From: Chiloscyllium plagiosum
Taxonomy: Eukaryota
Direction: 5' to 3'
NCBI RefSeq assembly: GCF_004010195.1
Contig: NC_057726.1
Coordinates: 51,493,745 to 51,557,744, forward strand
Length of the DNA: 64,000 nucleotides
The notes under the pieces are model-generated. The model saw only the letters and a list, made by a program, of their open reading frames with translations, searched no databases and had not been told where the DNA came from. How positions within the stretch are numbered: the stretch's first letter is position 1; every line of letters starts with the position of its first letter. Below, in pieces: positions 1 through 11,088 of this stretch. The translations under genes and the position numbers were made by a program.

Positions 1-276
1 TTTGCAGACGATACGAAGATTGGTGGAGTTGTGGATAGTGAGGAGGGCTGTTGTCGGCTGCAAAGGGACTTAGATATGATGCAGAGCTGGACTGAGAAGT
101 GGCAGATGGGGTTCAACCCTGTCAAGTGTGAGGTTGTCCATTTTGGAAGGACAAATAAGAATGCGGAATACAGGGTTAACGGTGGGGGTTCTTAGTAAGG
201 TGGAGGAGCAGAGGGATCTTGGGGTCTATGTTCATAGCTCTTTGAAAGTTGCCACTCAGGTGGATAGAGCTTGTAA
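1..276 (+). mobile_element. CR1/HER1-type LINE RT fragment (continues from before the window, 3'-truncated)
   Basis: Begins FADDTKIGGVVDSEEG, followed by HFG and EQRDLGVYVHSSLKVATQVDR motifs of the CR1 RT. Confidence 0.9.
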
Positions 277-944
277 AGAACCATTATTGTCAAAAAAATC
301 CTTGATCCTACCCGCCAAAGATTTTTCATGTGAGCATAATAAGAATAACTTGACACTGTGCCAAATAAATAAACATTAGGATAGCTTACCAAAACCTTGT
401 CAAAGTGACACAGTTTAAAGACATTTTTAAAGGAAGAGAGACAGGAGAAAGGATACTGCAGCAGGTTTTTTGCACAGCACGATGTCACTGAGTGTAGAAA
501 TGAGTAACCGGGTAATCGTAGTGTGGAGGTGAGGTATGCCTGTAGGCCATGTTCTACTTCAAATAACACTACTTAAGTCCACAGAATAGATTAGCACCTT
601 GATTTAATAACATACAATGATACCGCTGAAGGAAGCTGTTTAACCCTTCATTTCCTGTGCTGGATTTTTTGATAGATCTATCCAATTTGTTCCACTCCAC
701 TGCTTTTCCCCATAGCCCCACAGTGTTCTTTCCTCCAAGCATTTATCCTGTTGGGACCAAACTGTTAAATCTGATTGCACCAACTGTTCAGGCAGTGCTT
801 CCAGCTGTGTAAAAAGAAGTTTCCTTCAGTCTTTATTTTTGCCAATTGTCTGAGATCCTGTCCCTGATCATTGGACCTTCTGCTATCATGTATGGTTTCT
901 CCTCATTTACTCAATTTTAATATCTCTATACCTCAGTACATAGA

Positions 945-1188
945 CTTACAAATCACATGACATCAGTTTTTTTGGAAGTACAAACTTTTGGAGCGCTGCT
1001 CCTTCGTCAGGTAGCTAGTGGAGTAGGACCATAAGACATGGTGTCCTGTGATTCTGTTCCACAAGTTACCTGATGAAGGAGCAGCAGTCTGGAAGCTTGT
1101 ACTCCCAAGTAACGTGTTGGACTGTAACCTAGTAACGTATGATTTTTAATTTTATCCACCTCAGTCCCACACCGGCACCTCCACATCA
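945..1188. mobile_element. PLE-derived short element, family C, fold-back (inverted arms)
   Basis: Left arm ggagcgctgctccttcgtcaggt is the reverse complement of right arm acctgatgaaggagcagc. Its 3' end (agtcccacaccggcacctccacatca) is shared with the copies at 1520, 41443 and 54043. Confidence 0.75.
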
Positions 1189-1519
1189 GTATATACAGGT
1201 ATAGTGTAGTACTGCTGCCTCTAAATCAGAAAGTCCTATGTTCAAGTTCTATTCAAGAATCTATTTAAGATTCTATAAATCCCTTTTTTAGATCAGAATC
1301 AGTCTGAACATTGGGGCACAGACAGCCTCACACAGGGCACCTCACACCTTCAGTGCATTATCTGGGCCAAAATGGCACCTATTGCTAAAGTTCTGAGATT
1401 CACATATGAAAGAACTGAAACCAACATGCCCATTCTAAAAGATGAGAGACTTAACAAACAATCCAGGTCTTTTTCAATGTATAATTTCAGTTACATCACA
1501 TTGTCAACTTTTGCTATAT

Positions 1520-1675
1520 ATTCTGTGTCCTACAATCTTATACTCCACAACCACCTGATGAAGGAGCAGCACTCCAAAAGCTAGTGCTTCCAAATAAACC
1601 TGTTAGACTATAACCTGGTGTTATGTGATTTTTAACTTTGTACACCCCAGTCCAACACCGGCACCTCCAAATCAT
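1520..1675 (+). mobile_element. PLE-derived short element, family C, single arm
   Basis: ccacctgatgaaggagcagcactccaaaagctagtg...aataaacctgtt...gtccaacaccggcacctccaaatca; hammerhead core with GAAA changed to AAAA. Confidence 0.8.
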
Positions 1676-2099
1676 GTATAAATTCAAGTTGGCCTTTCTT
1701 GTAAAATTTCTACTTAACATTCTCTGCTGCAAGGAGAAACAAGACTAATTTCTCCAAGTTCTCCATGATTCTTGTATGTAGCTTCTCCACTATCTCTTTC
1801 ATCCCACACACTGCCTCCTAATACATGGTGTCCAAAATTGATTATGATGGTCCAGCTGAGGCCTTACCTTTCCACATTATGACCATCTCCCACCCAAGGC
1901 AAGCTAATCTCCAGAGTTATGATTCTAACTGGCTCAGTGATTTACCGAATATGTTTGCACTTTTGATTTTAAAAAAGTAAACAATGTGGAATCTGTAGGT
2001 TTTGCCTGTGAACAGCACAGATGCTGGCCAGATAACTGATCTTTCATTCAGCACCCCCATGGGCTTGGAAGAACAAATTATGACACAAACATTTTTGAT

Positions 2100-2835
2100 C
2101 TAAAAGCCAGTACTGTAATTGTTGGAGATCTGAAATAAAAACAAAGTACTGGAGAAATTCAAGTCTGGAAACATCTGTGGAGAGAGAAACAAAGTTAACG
2201 TTGCAAGTCCAATAAGAAATCTTTGGAACTGAAAGGGCTGGGAAAGTAGTGGGTCTTTTGTGGTAGAAAAGAAGGGGATGAGCAAGTGGAACAAATGGTA
2301 AAGGTGCTCTCAAATGAAAGGTGAGGGGAATATTAAAGCTGATAGCGAAGTGATATAGATAAACAGTTGGTGTTAATAACATAAAATGAAGTACTCTCTC
2401 CACTCGCTTTGATTAGATTCCTTACAGTGCAGAAACAGGCCCTTTGGCACAAGTCCACACCAACCCTCGGAAGATTAAACCACCCAGACCCATTCCGCTC
2501 CTCCCCACTAATGTACCTATCACTATGGATAATTTAGCATGGCCAATTCACCTGACCTACACCTCTTTGGACTGTGGGAGGAAACCGGAGCACCCCGCAG
2601 ACACAGGGAGAATTTGCAAACTCCATGCAGACATTCGCCCGAGCTGGAATTGAACCTGGCTCCCTGGCGCTGCGAGGCAGCAGTGCTAATCACTGAGCCA
2701 CCCAAGCTTTGGGTTTTGCTGGAACGTTGCAGCTGTTCTAGGACAACAATGTTAGCATACAACTAAGGATGGTGTATTGAAATGACAAGCAACTGGAAGA
2801 TTTGGGTCACTCTTACATTTAGAATGGAGGTGTAT
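2100..2835 (-). mobile_element. Penelope-like element 3' remnant (family B terminus plus decayed endonuclease region), interrupted by an HE1 SINE
   Basis: The terminus at 2100-2230 resembles family B copies (18620, 22617). The segment 2705-2835 resembles, in reverse, the decayed PLE endonuclease region at 15550-15790. Confidence 0.55.
2409..2703 (-). mobile_element. HE1-type V-SINE
   Basis: Reverse complement of the tRNA-like head, V-domain (gtttcctcccacagtccaaa) and TCTAA tail. Confidence 0.9.
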
Positions 2836-3667
2836 AAAAGATTTACTTCCTTTTCCTTCTAAGTCTTGATGTTGGTCAGTCCATTGAGTGATATCTAGGG
2901 GGTGGATCTTTTAATTTTCATTTCAAATGCTTAGTGGATTGTGTCATCTGAGCAACCCTCACCACTGACCACTGTTGTATGAGGCTAACTGAAGTATTGC
3001 TTGCCATGGGGTAGGTCTTCTGCAGCTGCTACATTTTGATCTACAGACCTGCTTGATCTAGTATGGTGGAGAAAAGCCTCTAGTTAGTCTAATGAAATGA
3101 GGTTGTTATCTTAAAGTTCTAGTTTGTTAGCAATCAAACACAAAAGTGACAGATAGGAGTGACATTGTTACAGAGACTGAGTGGCGTGAAAATTCCTATT
3201 CCTTTGAGACCCTAAGCTGCTCTTCCACCAGGTCCATGTGATATCATCATCAATTAAGGCACTCCTCAGTATTAGCCCTTTCAGATCCTCCTACATCAGA
3301 CTGAACCTGACTTACACAACCCTAAAAGGTAATGCTGGTATTTCATAGAGAGCTACTTTAAACTCCACTTTTTAAAAATAGATTTTGCCAAATATAAAAT
3401 GATCCAAGTTCTGCTAAAATTAAGCAAATGAATGCTGAGAAGTGGTGCATTATCTTTCTGGAACCTGGTGTGTCCTTCCTTACCATGACAATCATGAGCT
3501 GTGGAGAGGAACTGAAACAAGTTGCTGCTATTGCTTCTGCTCAGATAATAAATGGCTCTTCATGTGCTCAACCCGCAGCCCCATTTAGAAATGCCATAGC
3601 ATGATGGCACAGACTGAAAAAGAGGCTGCACTCACCAAATCCCTTTGCAGGGCAGAAATAAATTATT

Positions 3668-3892
3668 CAGCACACCCCAAACCCTATCCCTGCGTTTCTC
3701 CATAGCTAATCCACCTAGCCTGAACATCCCTGGACACGTTGGGCAGTTTAGCAAATCTACCCAACCTCCACATCTTTGGATTTTGGGAGGAGACTGAAGC
3801 AGTTGGTGGGAACCCACACAGACAGTTAGCCAAGGGTGGAATCAAACCTGGTCCCTGGCGCTGTGAGGCAGCAGTGCTAATCACTGAGCCAC
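3668..3892 (-). mobile_element. HE1-type V-SINE (diverged)
   Basis: gctgtgaggcagcagtgctaatcactgagccac head in reverse plus a diverged V-domain. Confidence 0.85.
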
Positions 3893-6396
3893 TCAGTTAA
3901 CAATGTTTCAGTAATGAGAGAGCAAGCAGCGGAGCTCAATGGATATAATGATTGTCCAATAACTCTTGGCTTCTTGTTAGAGGGATGTCAGTCACTGTAG
4001 TTGTAAAAGTTGAAGTCCTGTAACAGGCAGAATTTTGCATTATTAAATATCCTTTTAGTAAGCACTTCTGTCCCCAAAGGGATGGTGGATTTCTTCATGC
4101 TCCTTAGAGCTGCATCCCTCACTGTACATTGCCAGAGCACACCCACCCTGAGGATTCTGCAGTACTGGAGCTGGAAGTGACATAAGTTTTGAACTCTGTT
4201 AGATCTTTCTGTGTTTGGATTGTAAACCAAAGACATGACTTAAAAGCTTAACTGGGCTTGCTGAACTCCTGGCACGGTACTCGTCTGAGGTAGCAGACTT
4301 GTGAAGTTAACGTGAGCTAATAGTATTTAACATATTATGCGTTGTTGAAATGGTCTGTTTTGCCTCTGAGTATAGAATTGGATTTTGAATTATCTAAAGT
4401 ACTAATTTGATGATCATATTTAGGCAAGCTGTACATCTAAATACTTTTGTCAAAAATACAGTTTGATTGTTGTCAGATAATGTTGCTGCTTGCCTCAATA
4501 GACTTCTCAGTTCCTCCAATACCTGAATGAGTATAGTATCTTTCATGAATCCATTCAGATTAAATCCTTGTAAACTTCATTTTCATTCAAGATGGGATTG
4601 GATTTAAAAATATGGCTCTTTTGAAATGCAAGATGCCAGAACGCTGCATTGTTGCTGGTATAGGTTTTAACAGGGCCTGTGATCTCATAGCTTGAATTCT
4701 ATTTCAGTAGTTGTTTTTGATGAAGTGGCTTGAATATAGCTTTGTCTTTCAGTGTGACAAAATTTCCCTCATTGCTCTATTCCCCTCTTGTACCATTGTC
4801 TGTGGGCTCAGACTGTTATTCAGTCAAACCAAAATTTGCCAAGTGTTGAGCTTCTTCCCCTGTACCCCTCCACCCCCACCCCACGCATCCCTTGGATGAT
4901 GTGTCCAAGATGGCAAACCCTTGGAGTGTAGTTTGAATATTTTCCTCTTAAGCTTTTTGTTTTCTTCTCTTTGAAATTTAATTATATAGGGGATTGTCCC
5001 ATCCAATCAAATAAGGCTCTAAGTAAGGCCCCACAACAAGCAATCCTTTAATTTGGCCTCTAATGTTTTGTTGGGGTAAACAGAATTAGCACAAACAGCC
5101 AGCCTTTTGGTAATTTTATAACTTAGCACAACTGTGACTGTGCAGTGGAAGCCAGCATACCTTCTAAGATTAGTCCATTCTTTTAAAGTTTCCAGAACTG
5201 CCTTAGTCTCTTCCTTCCATTGCAGCGGTTATACTGATGAAATCTGACTGGCAAGCTTTGTGCAGTATTTGTGGAGATGAAAATCACAAATATTGAAATA
5301 AAAGAGAACTAGTTTAGAAGAAACAGAAATAAGATAGACTTCAGATTTTAATGGTTAAGTTGCTGAGGGATTTTGTTCCCTCTTTACCCTCCCTACCATT
5401 TTGGAGTTGTCCTATCTGATTAGTATAAAGCTTGGAAATGCATTTGGCTTTGCGGTGTCAACAGGTTTTGCAGGCAGTATTACCTTTCTTGATATAGTGT
5501 AAAGAAAACCTAGGCCGAGAGTATTTTAATTCCAAGAATGACTTTAACTTGAGTCTTTTGTGTTGTGATGCACAACAAAATAAACCCTAGGTTCACCACA
5601 GTTTGCAGGTCCTGGAAATAGTTTACAGAACTTAATGTCTGCTGTAGACCACTAATGCCAACAGACTCCAACCAAATATTCTAAACTGGAATGTGGGCAT
5701 ACTTTAGGATGTTTCTGCTTGTCATCTTGACTGATGTTACCTGATCCACTTGATGCTCTGTTGTTTCAAATTTGCGCTGCAGACGGTGTGTGGTCCTGCA
5801 CCCTGCGGCACAGAGGATTGAACTCGTCCTTTTTTTTAACTGAAGGTTACAGATTAGTGGGGTTACAGACTAATGCACTGTAAGAAAAGCATGGACTCTT
5901 ATTACTCAGCAGAACACTAAAAAAGGAAAAGCCAAAGGATCTGTAGCAGTGGCTTAGTCAGCCTTTCTTTTCATCCAGAAGGTGCAGACATTGTATTCTA
6001 TCTTATGACTCCCAGACATTTAAATAACCAATTTTTAAATCTCAAATGCTGGATGTATTAATTGAATGTATTCCAGTGATCAAAACATAAACTGAGGACT
6101 GATATCAGCTACAGAGACTCTAATGGAGTAGTGAGGGGTATATAGCATTCTGAATACTCAAGTCTATATGCACATAATAGTTCCCAACTGTTCATTCTAT
6201 AATATTTTGTAATTATTAAATTGAATACTACCTGCTTGTGCAGTGTTTAACTCCAGTGCACACTGCTCTGGAGTAGTGAGTTGTGCATTGAGCCTGTGAT
6301 TTCTCCAGTGTATGTTGGAGCTCCAAGAGAAATTAATTGTTTCTCTAAAAGGTGCAAGCAAATTCAGAGAAGTAAGTCTTGACACTGTCACTAATT

Positions 6397-6533
6397 TCTG
6401 TGTTCCTGATGAAGGGCTTTTGCCCGAAACGTCGATTTTACTGCTCCTCGGATGCTGCCTGACCTGCTGTGCTTTTCCAGCACCACTCTAATGTAGACTC
6501 TGGTTTCCAGCATCTGCAGTCATTGATTTTACC
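6397..6533 (+). mobile_element. PLE-derived short element, family A, with 15-bp TSD
   Basis: Direct repeat acactgtcactaatt at 6382-6396 and 6534-6548. Body nearly identical (reversed) to 53502-53625. Confidence 0.88.
6403..6436 (+). ncRNA. Candidate minimal hammerhead ribozyme (PLE-type)
   Basis: CTGATGA(6406-6412), extra A, stem GGGC/tttt/GCCC, GAAA, then C-GTC. Palindromic ACGT stem III; predicted cleavage after C6433. Helix I is only about 2 bp. Confidence 0.6.
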
Positions 6534-7126
6534 ACACTGTCACTAATTGGTGTGTATGTCACTATACCCCAAATCGCATTGCAATAATAAGTTAGATATT
6601 GATGTTTATGTGAAGTTCACCAGGCATCTTGATTGCAATAAAAATTATACTTTCAGTTCAACTGAGGAATGTCGTCTTATACAAAGCAGCTTCAGTGATT
6701 CAGGGTGTATAGAACTTAAGGAGCACAATGTGGGGGGTTGGGGAGAGAGGAGATTTTCCAACTCTCCTTGTCCATATTCATGCTTGCATGAACATCACCA
6801 AATAAACCTCTCTAATTTATTACAGGTTTGATCTCGATATGTTTGTCTAGATATGAACACTGATTAAGACCTAATCCTTTAAAGTCCAAGTCTATTAGCT
6901 TGAATTATTGAAGAATTTGATTATTTTTCATGCAGCCAGTGGCTTTGTAATTAACAGAAGCCACCTTTCCCCTTCATTGATATCAATACTCTGGGAAGCC
7001 TTGGAAGTGAGGAAGTGTATATAAATGAGTTTTCTTTCTCATGAAATTAAAATGTACATTTTGACTTCAAAATTTGATGGATATCCAAAGTTTAAGTCAG
7101 TGTTTGCTTTGCAGAATATAGCACAA

Positions 7127-8023
7127 TGTTATGATGATACTTTGTCCTTAATATTGCTTGGAGTTATGTTTTGAAGGATTGTAGAAAGAAGAATTCTTTG
7201 TAAATTTTGTGGTTATACCTGGAGTGGTTTCCTCAAAAGAGATCTTTTGAAGGTTGACTGTGGACGCTGTGGAGATTTTTATTATATAAAAGATGCTTTG
7301 GAACTCTCTGAGAAATGAAAGGACTGGTGACAACAATCGGTTTGCTGAAGACTCTGCTGGTGCTGATTTGATTAGTGACTGACTTGGAAAGATTTTGGTT
7401 TTATCTGGTTCTGTTCCAGAGAAGCCTGAGTGCCAACAGACTTGGACGAACACTTGCTAAGAACCCACTGCCCATTTTGAAATTAAAACCCTCTTCGTCA
7501 TTTCAAGTGAAACGATTTCGTTCTTTTGAAAGAGTAGTTTAAAAGACATCTCAAGTGTATTTCCTGATCAAGACTTTGAGACAACTGTACATGATGAGTG
7601 GCTTGACCACATATGCCAGAACGTCGGAGCAATAGAGCAGAGAACATTCTCCACTCTACCCCTTTGCCTTTAAAAATAACACACTGGCCAAAGTGCTTTC
7701 TTTTCCCAAAAGCCAATTCCCTTGCAAAGAAATTGCCTGTGTTTTTGAGATATTTGGTGATAAGCATTTTGGCTTTTATATTGCTGACTATGTGCTTTAA
7801 CCAATTATTACATCCTTATTGAATAAATTACTGTTTTAATAAACCCATAATTGTATTTGTTATGAAACCTGGTTGATAAATCCAATTATTTACAGTCTAA
7901 TATAGTTAAGATGTTTACTTGACCATCCCAGTAACTAGGAAAACTATATTTTAATTTTGTGTTGCAGTCTATGGAGCAGTCTGACTAGAGCAACTGTGCA
8001 CTCTTCCAACCTTGGTCATAACC
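7127..8023 (+). mobile_element. Candidate solo LTR
   Basis: About 900 bp bounded by tgttatga...tcataacc (imperfect terminal inverted repeat) with AATAAA at about 7822 and 7838. No clear TSD. Confidence 0.5.
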
Positions 8024-10037
8024 AGCGATAACCCTATACTGTAATTTGTATTCTGTATTTAAACATGTCTTTGGTCCTGCTTCTCTGTTGTTCTGAACTA
8101 AAGTGGCTCGTTATAAAAGTTTGTGTGTATGTCTGAAGTATTATTCGACCCATTGGGAATCCTAGTGACTCAGTAATTCCACCTTGGTACAGTTGGCTCA
8201 CATTTAAGTAAAAGCATTAATCAGCGGTTCATATGACTAATGGTTCAACCAATACTGGTTTAAAATGACTCAATATAAAGGCATTCATGTCTAAGTGAAA
8301 TGATCCGGAGATTCTTCAGTAGAAATAGGATTTGTGCAAGATAGTTATGTTGTTGAGTGATGAAGTCCTGGAGGATGGTCTTTAATAGTGGAGACTTTCT
8401 CTCTGGATCATTGGTTTCTATCAGTATTGTATAATTGGTCAGGAAATGAAGAATGACCAATGAAAATAAAAGGCCTGTACTTAAAGTTATAACCCTGTGA
8501 ACCCTAAAATTATGATAATACATGAGTATTATACATGACACTAATTGCCAAAGGAGAGCCTGCAAATATAAAAAGTGGATTTCATTTGTTTCCCTTCATC
8601 CATTTCATTCCTATTTGTCTTCCCAGATCCACTCCTGAAATAAGAGTAAACACATTACTTCCGAAGAGGTCCTCCTTCATATTGTCAGGAAAGATTCTTT
8701 TGGCCTAAAATTTTGAGGAGCTTGTAGTGTTTTGTTGGGTATATAGCAGTTTCACTTAAATCATCTTGAAACCTGACTTCCAATAGGGTGGTGTTGTATT
8801 GCTCACTGCCTGTGTGTTCTTTATACAATAAAACTATATTTCAGGAATGATTAGGAGCAACAGGAAATGCATGATGTCAGTGTGGGAGGGATCCTTAAAG
8901 CTCCAAGGCTTGAGCTTCATTCCCGTTTTTATCTGGTGGACAAGAACACACAAACTGGAACTGAATGATGTTGACTCAGTTGTTGAAACTTCTCAACTTT
9001 CAGCTTTTGTGGAGTTGAAGGTAAATGTTCCATTCATTGAATTTTACATTTAATATGGCTGGTTGATTACAATTGAATGAATAGAGAAGAGTTGAGTAAA
9101 TGTGGTCACAGCCTCTGTGATATAATGTTGATGAAAGATAAAGTTCTCTCTGGCAGCCTGGCTTAAGCTCTGGTTCCTTCCTGCGGAGTTCAGTATATCT
9201 GATAATGTAGCTACTACTACTGCCCTTCAGGCTATGCTATGCTGTGCCATACCTCTTCCTATACTCCGGAACTGCTTTAATGCTTTTCTTACCTGTACCT
9301 AAATGTTGCCACCTGTGTCATTAGCCTCCTAAATACTATTTCCTTTTCCGAAAACCAAAAATGCTTTCCAAATCTATTGAATTTGTGAACCTGTGAACGC
9401 CCTGGAATTTCAACTAGGTTTTAAATGTTTTCCGTAAAAAAATTCTGTTGTGTTGAAAGATTAAGTTGATGAATCACTTTATTGAGAAGTGGAATCTTTG
9501 AGAAACTATGCTCCCCTAGTTTTGGATCACAAAAGCAAATTCATGTAGTGGAGTAGGGTTCACGGTTATTACATGGGCTCTTGTCAAATAATTGTGTGGG
9601 TGTGGGTGTGTAGTAGGTAATTTGTGGACCTAAATCAAATGGCTTAACAGTCAGTTTTTTTTTAAATTCGTGTTCGTTCATCCTCTCTTGTTTGGGAAAC
9701 TGGTCTAAGCTGATTTCTTTTGTACATATAAGTTATAAAGTGGCCACTATTTCTGTATGAATTTTGCTCGTGAATGTCAACTGTCTCTTTTGCCACAGGG
9801 ACATTACGACTGAGACCAAGACTGACAGTCCTCACAGATTTTCGCTTGGGTCTGTTTTTTGGTCAGCAAGAAGTGTACAATCTGGTCATGTTTAAAATTT
9901 ATTTTTCTCTTTCTCTTAACAAAAATTGCAGAAACCAGTCTGTTGTGTTCTGGCTGCTAGTTCAGTGCAAACGTGGTATTGAACCTGAAGCCTGGTTGGT
10001 CTATATGATTCAGTTATTACCTGGATAGACTAAATCA

Positions 10038-10063
10038 GGTGTGTGTGTGTGTGTGTGTGTGTG
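10038..10063. repeat. (GT)n microsatellite
   Basis: Direct observation. Confidence 0.95.
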
Positions 10064-10905
10064 AGATCACTCTATCCTTGTATAAACAGTAGGAGGAGCA
10101 ACTTTCTTGAGTAATCAGTCCAGTGGCTGAGATTGAATTAATGAGACAAGAAACATTGATCAATAGATTCATTGATAATGGTTTGGTTGGGAGTTGGTGG
10201 CTTCCTCTCTGGATTTGGTCCATCTGCAAACAGCAAGTTTACTGCAATGATCTAGTTTCCTGAGCACAACTTTCTGAGAATAGTTTGTGCACAGTTAGAC
10301 AAAAAAAAGAGCCTAATCAAGTGTGTTAAAAGCTTACTAAGAGCCCAGTTTAATGGGAATAAGTGCATGACTTGTTTGATAGAACTGAACCCAAATCAGA
10401 AATATTTCCGCTTCAGTATTGGTCTGTGCTAATATGTCAATCAACGTATCAGAAGCATGTGACTCTTTCCTATACAGTAATGATGGTGCAGTGGTGTACA
10501 ATAGGGGTAACCGAGCAAAGTAACCTGCATAAATAGTGTACTTCAGTCATGGTGTTCAAGGGGAGTTCATTCTACTCTCTAGACCAGAAAGATTGGTTTT
10601 ACCAAATCCGAATATAATCCTTAGTCAGACGCTGTCTTAAAGGCCACGTTGGCATATCAAAGGGTGATATTAAGACAGTTTTATTGCCCAGTAAATTTCA
10701 CAAGTGACCATTCTTCATAAATGATCCAGTATTGGAAAACTGTTCCAACCAAACCAATCTTCCTTTCACTTAATGTCCACTTACTTGCACTTTAGAGAGA
10801 AACGCTGTGCACAGTTTTGAAGTATGAAATCTTGCCAGTTTCTCCCTGCCATTCACCGTACTTCTAGTACCTTCATGATGAGCTCCTTGGATTTACTACG
10901 CAGGG

Positions 10906-11088
10906 CTAAAAAATGTGTCGCTGGAAAAGGGCAGCGGGTCAGGCAGCATCCAAGGAGCAGGAGAATCGACGTTTCGGGCCTAAGCGTCGATTCTCCTGCT
11001 CCTTGGATGCTGTCTGACCTGCTGCACTTTTCCAGCAACACATTTTTCAGCTCTGATCTCCATCTTCAGTCCTCACTTTCTCCTAGTT
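10906..11088. mobile_element. PLE-derived family A fold-back element with 16-bp TSD
   Basis: TSD gatttactacgcaggg at 10890-10905 and 11089-11104. About 65-bp inverted arms (aaaaatgtg...gaatcgacg / cgtcgattc...cacattttt). Confidence 0.9.

Noticed and set aside
4857-4892. C-run cluster (possible G-quadruplex on the minus strand)
   Set aside because: A common low-complexity motif with no supporting context.
8845-9020. Possible upstream RIPOR1 exon (tttcag|...aag|gtaaat)
   Set aside because: The ORF ends in phase 0 whereas exon 43204 needs phase 1, the acceptor tract is weak and the peptide is unrecognisable. A non-coding exon cannot be excluded.
9799-9850. Strong acceptor-like site tctcttttgccacag
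   Set aside because: No convincing donor or homology; not supportable without transcripts.
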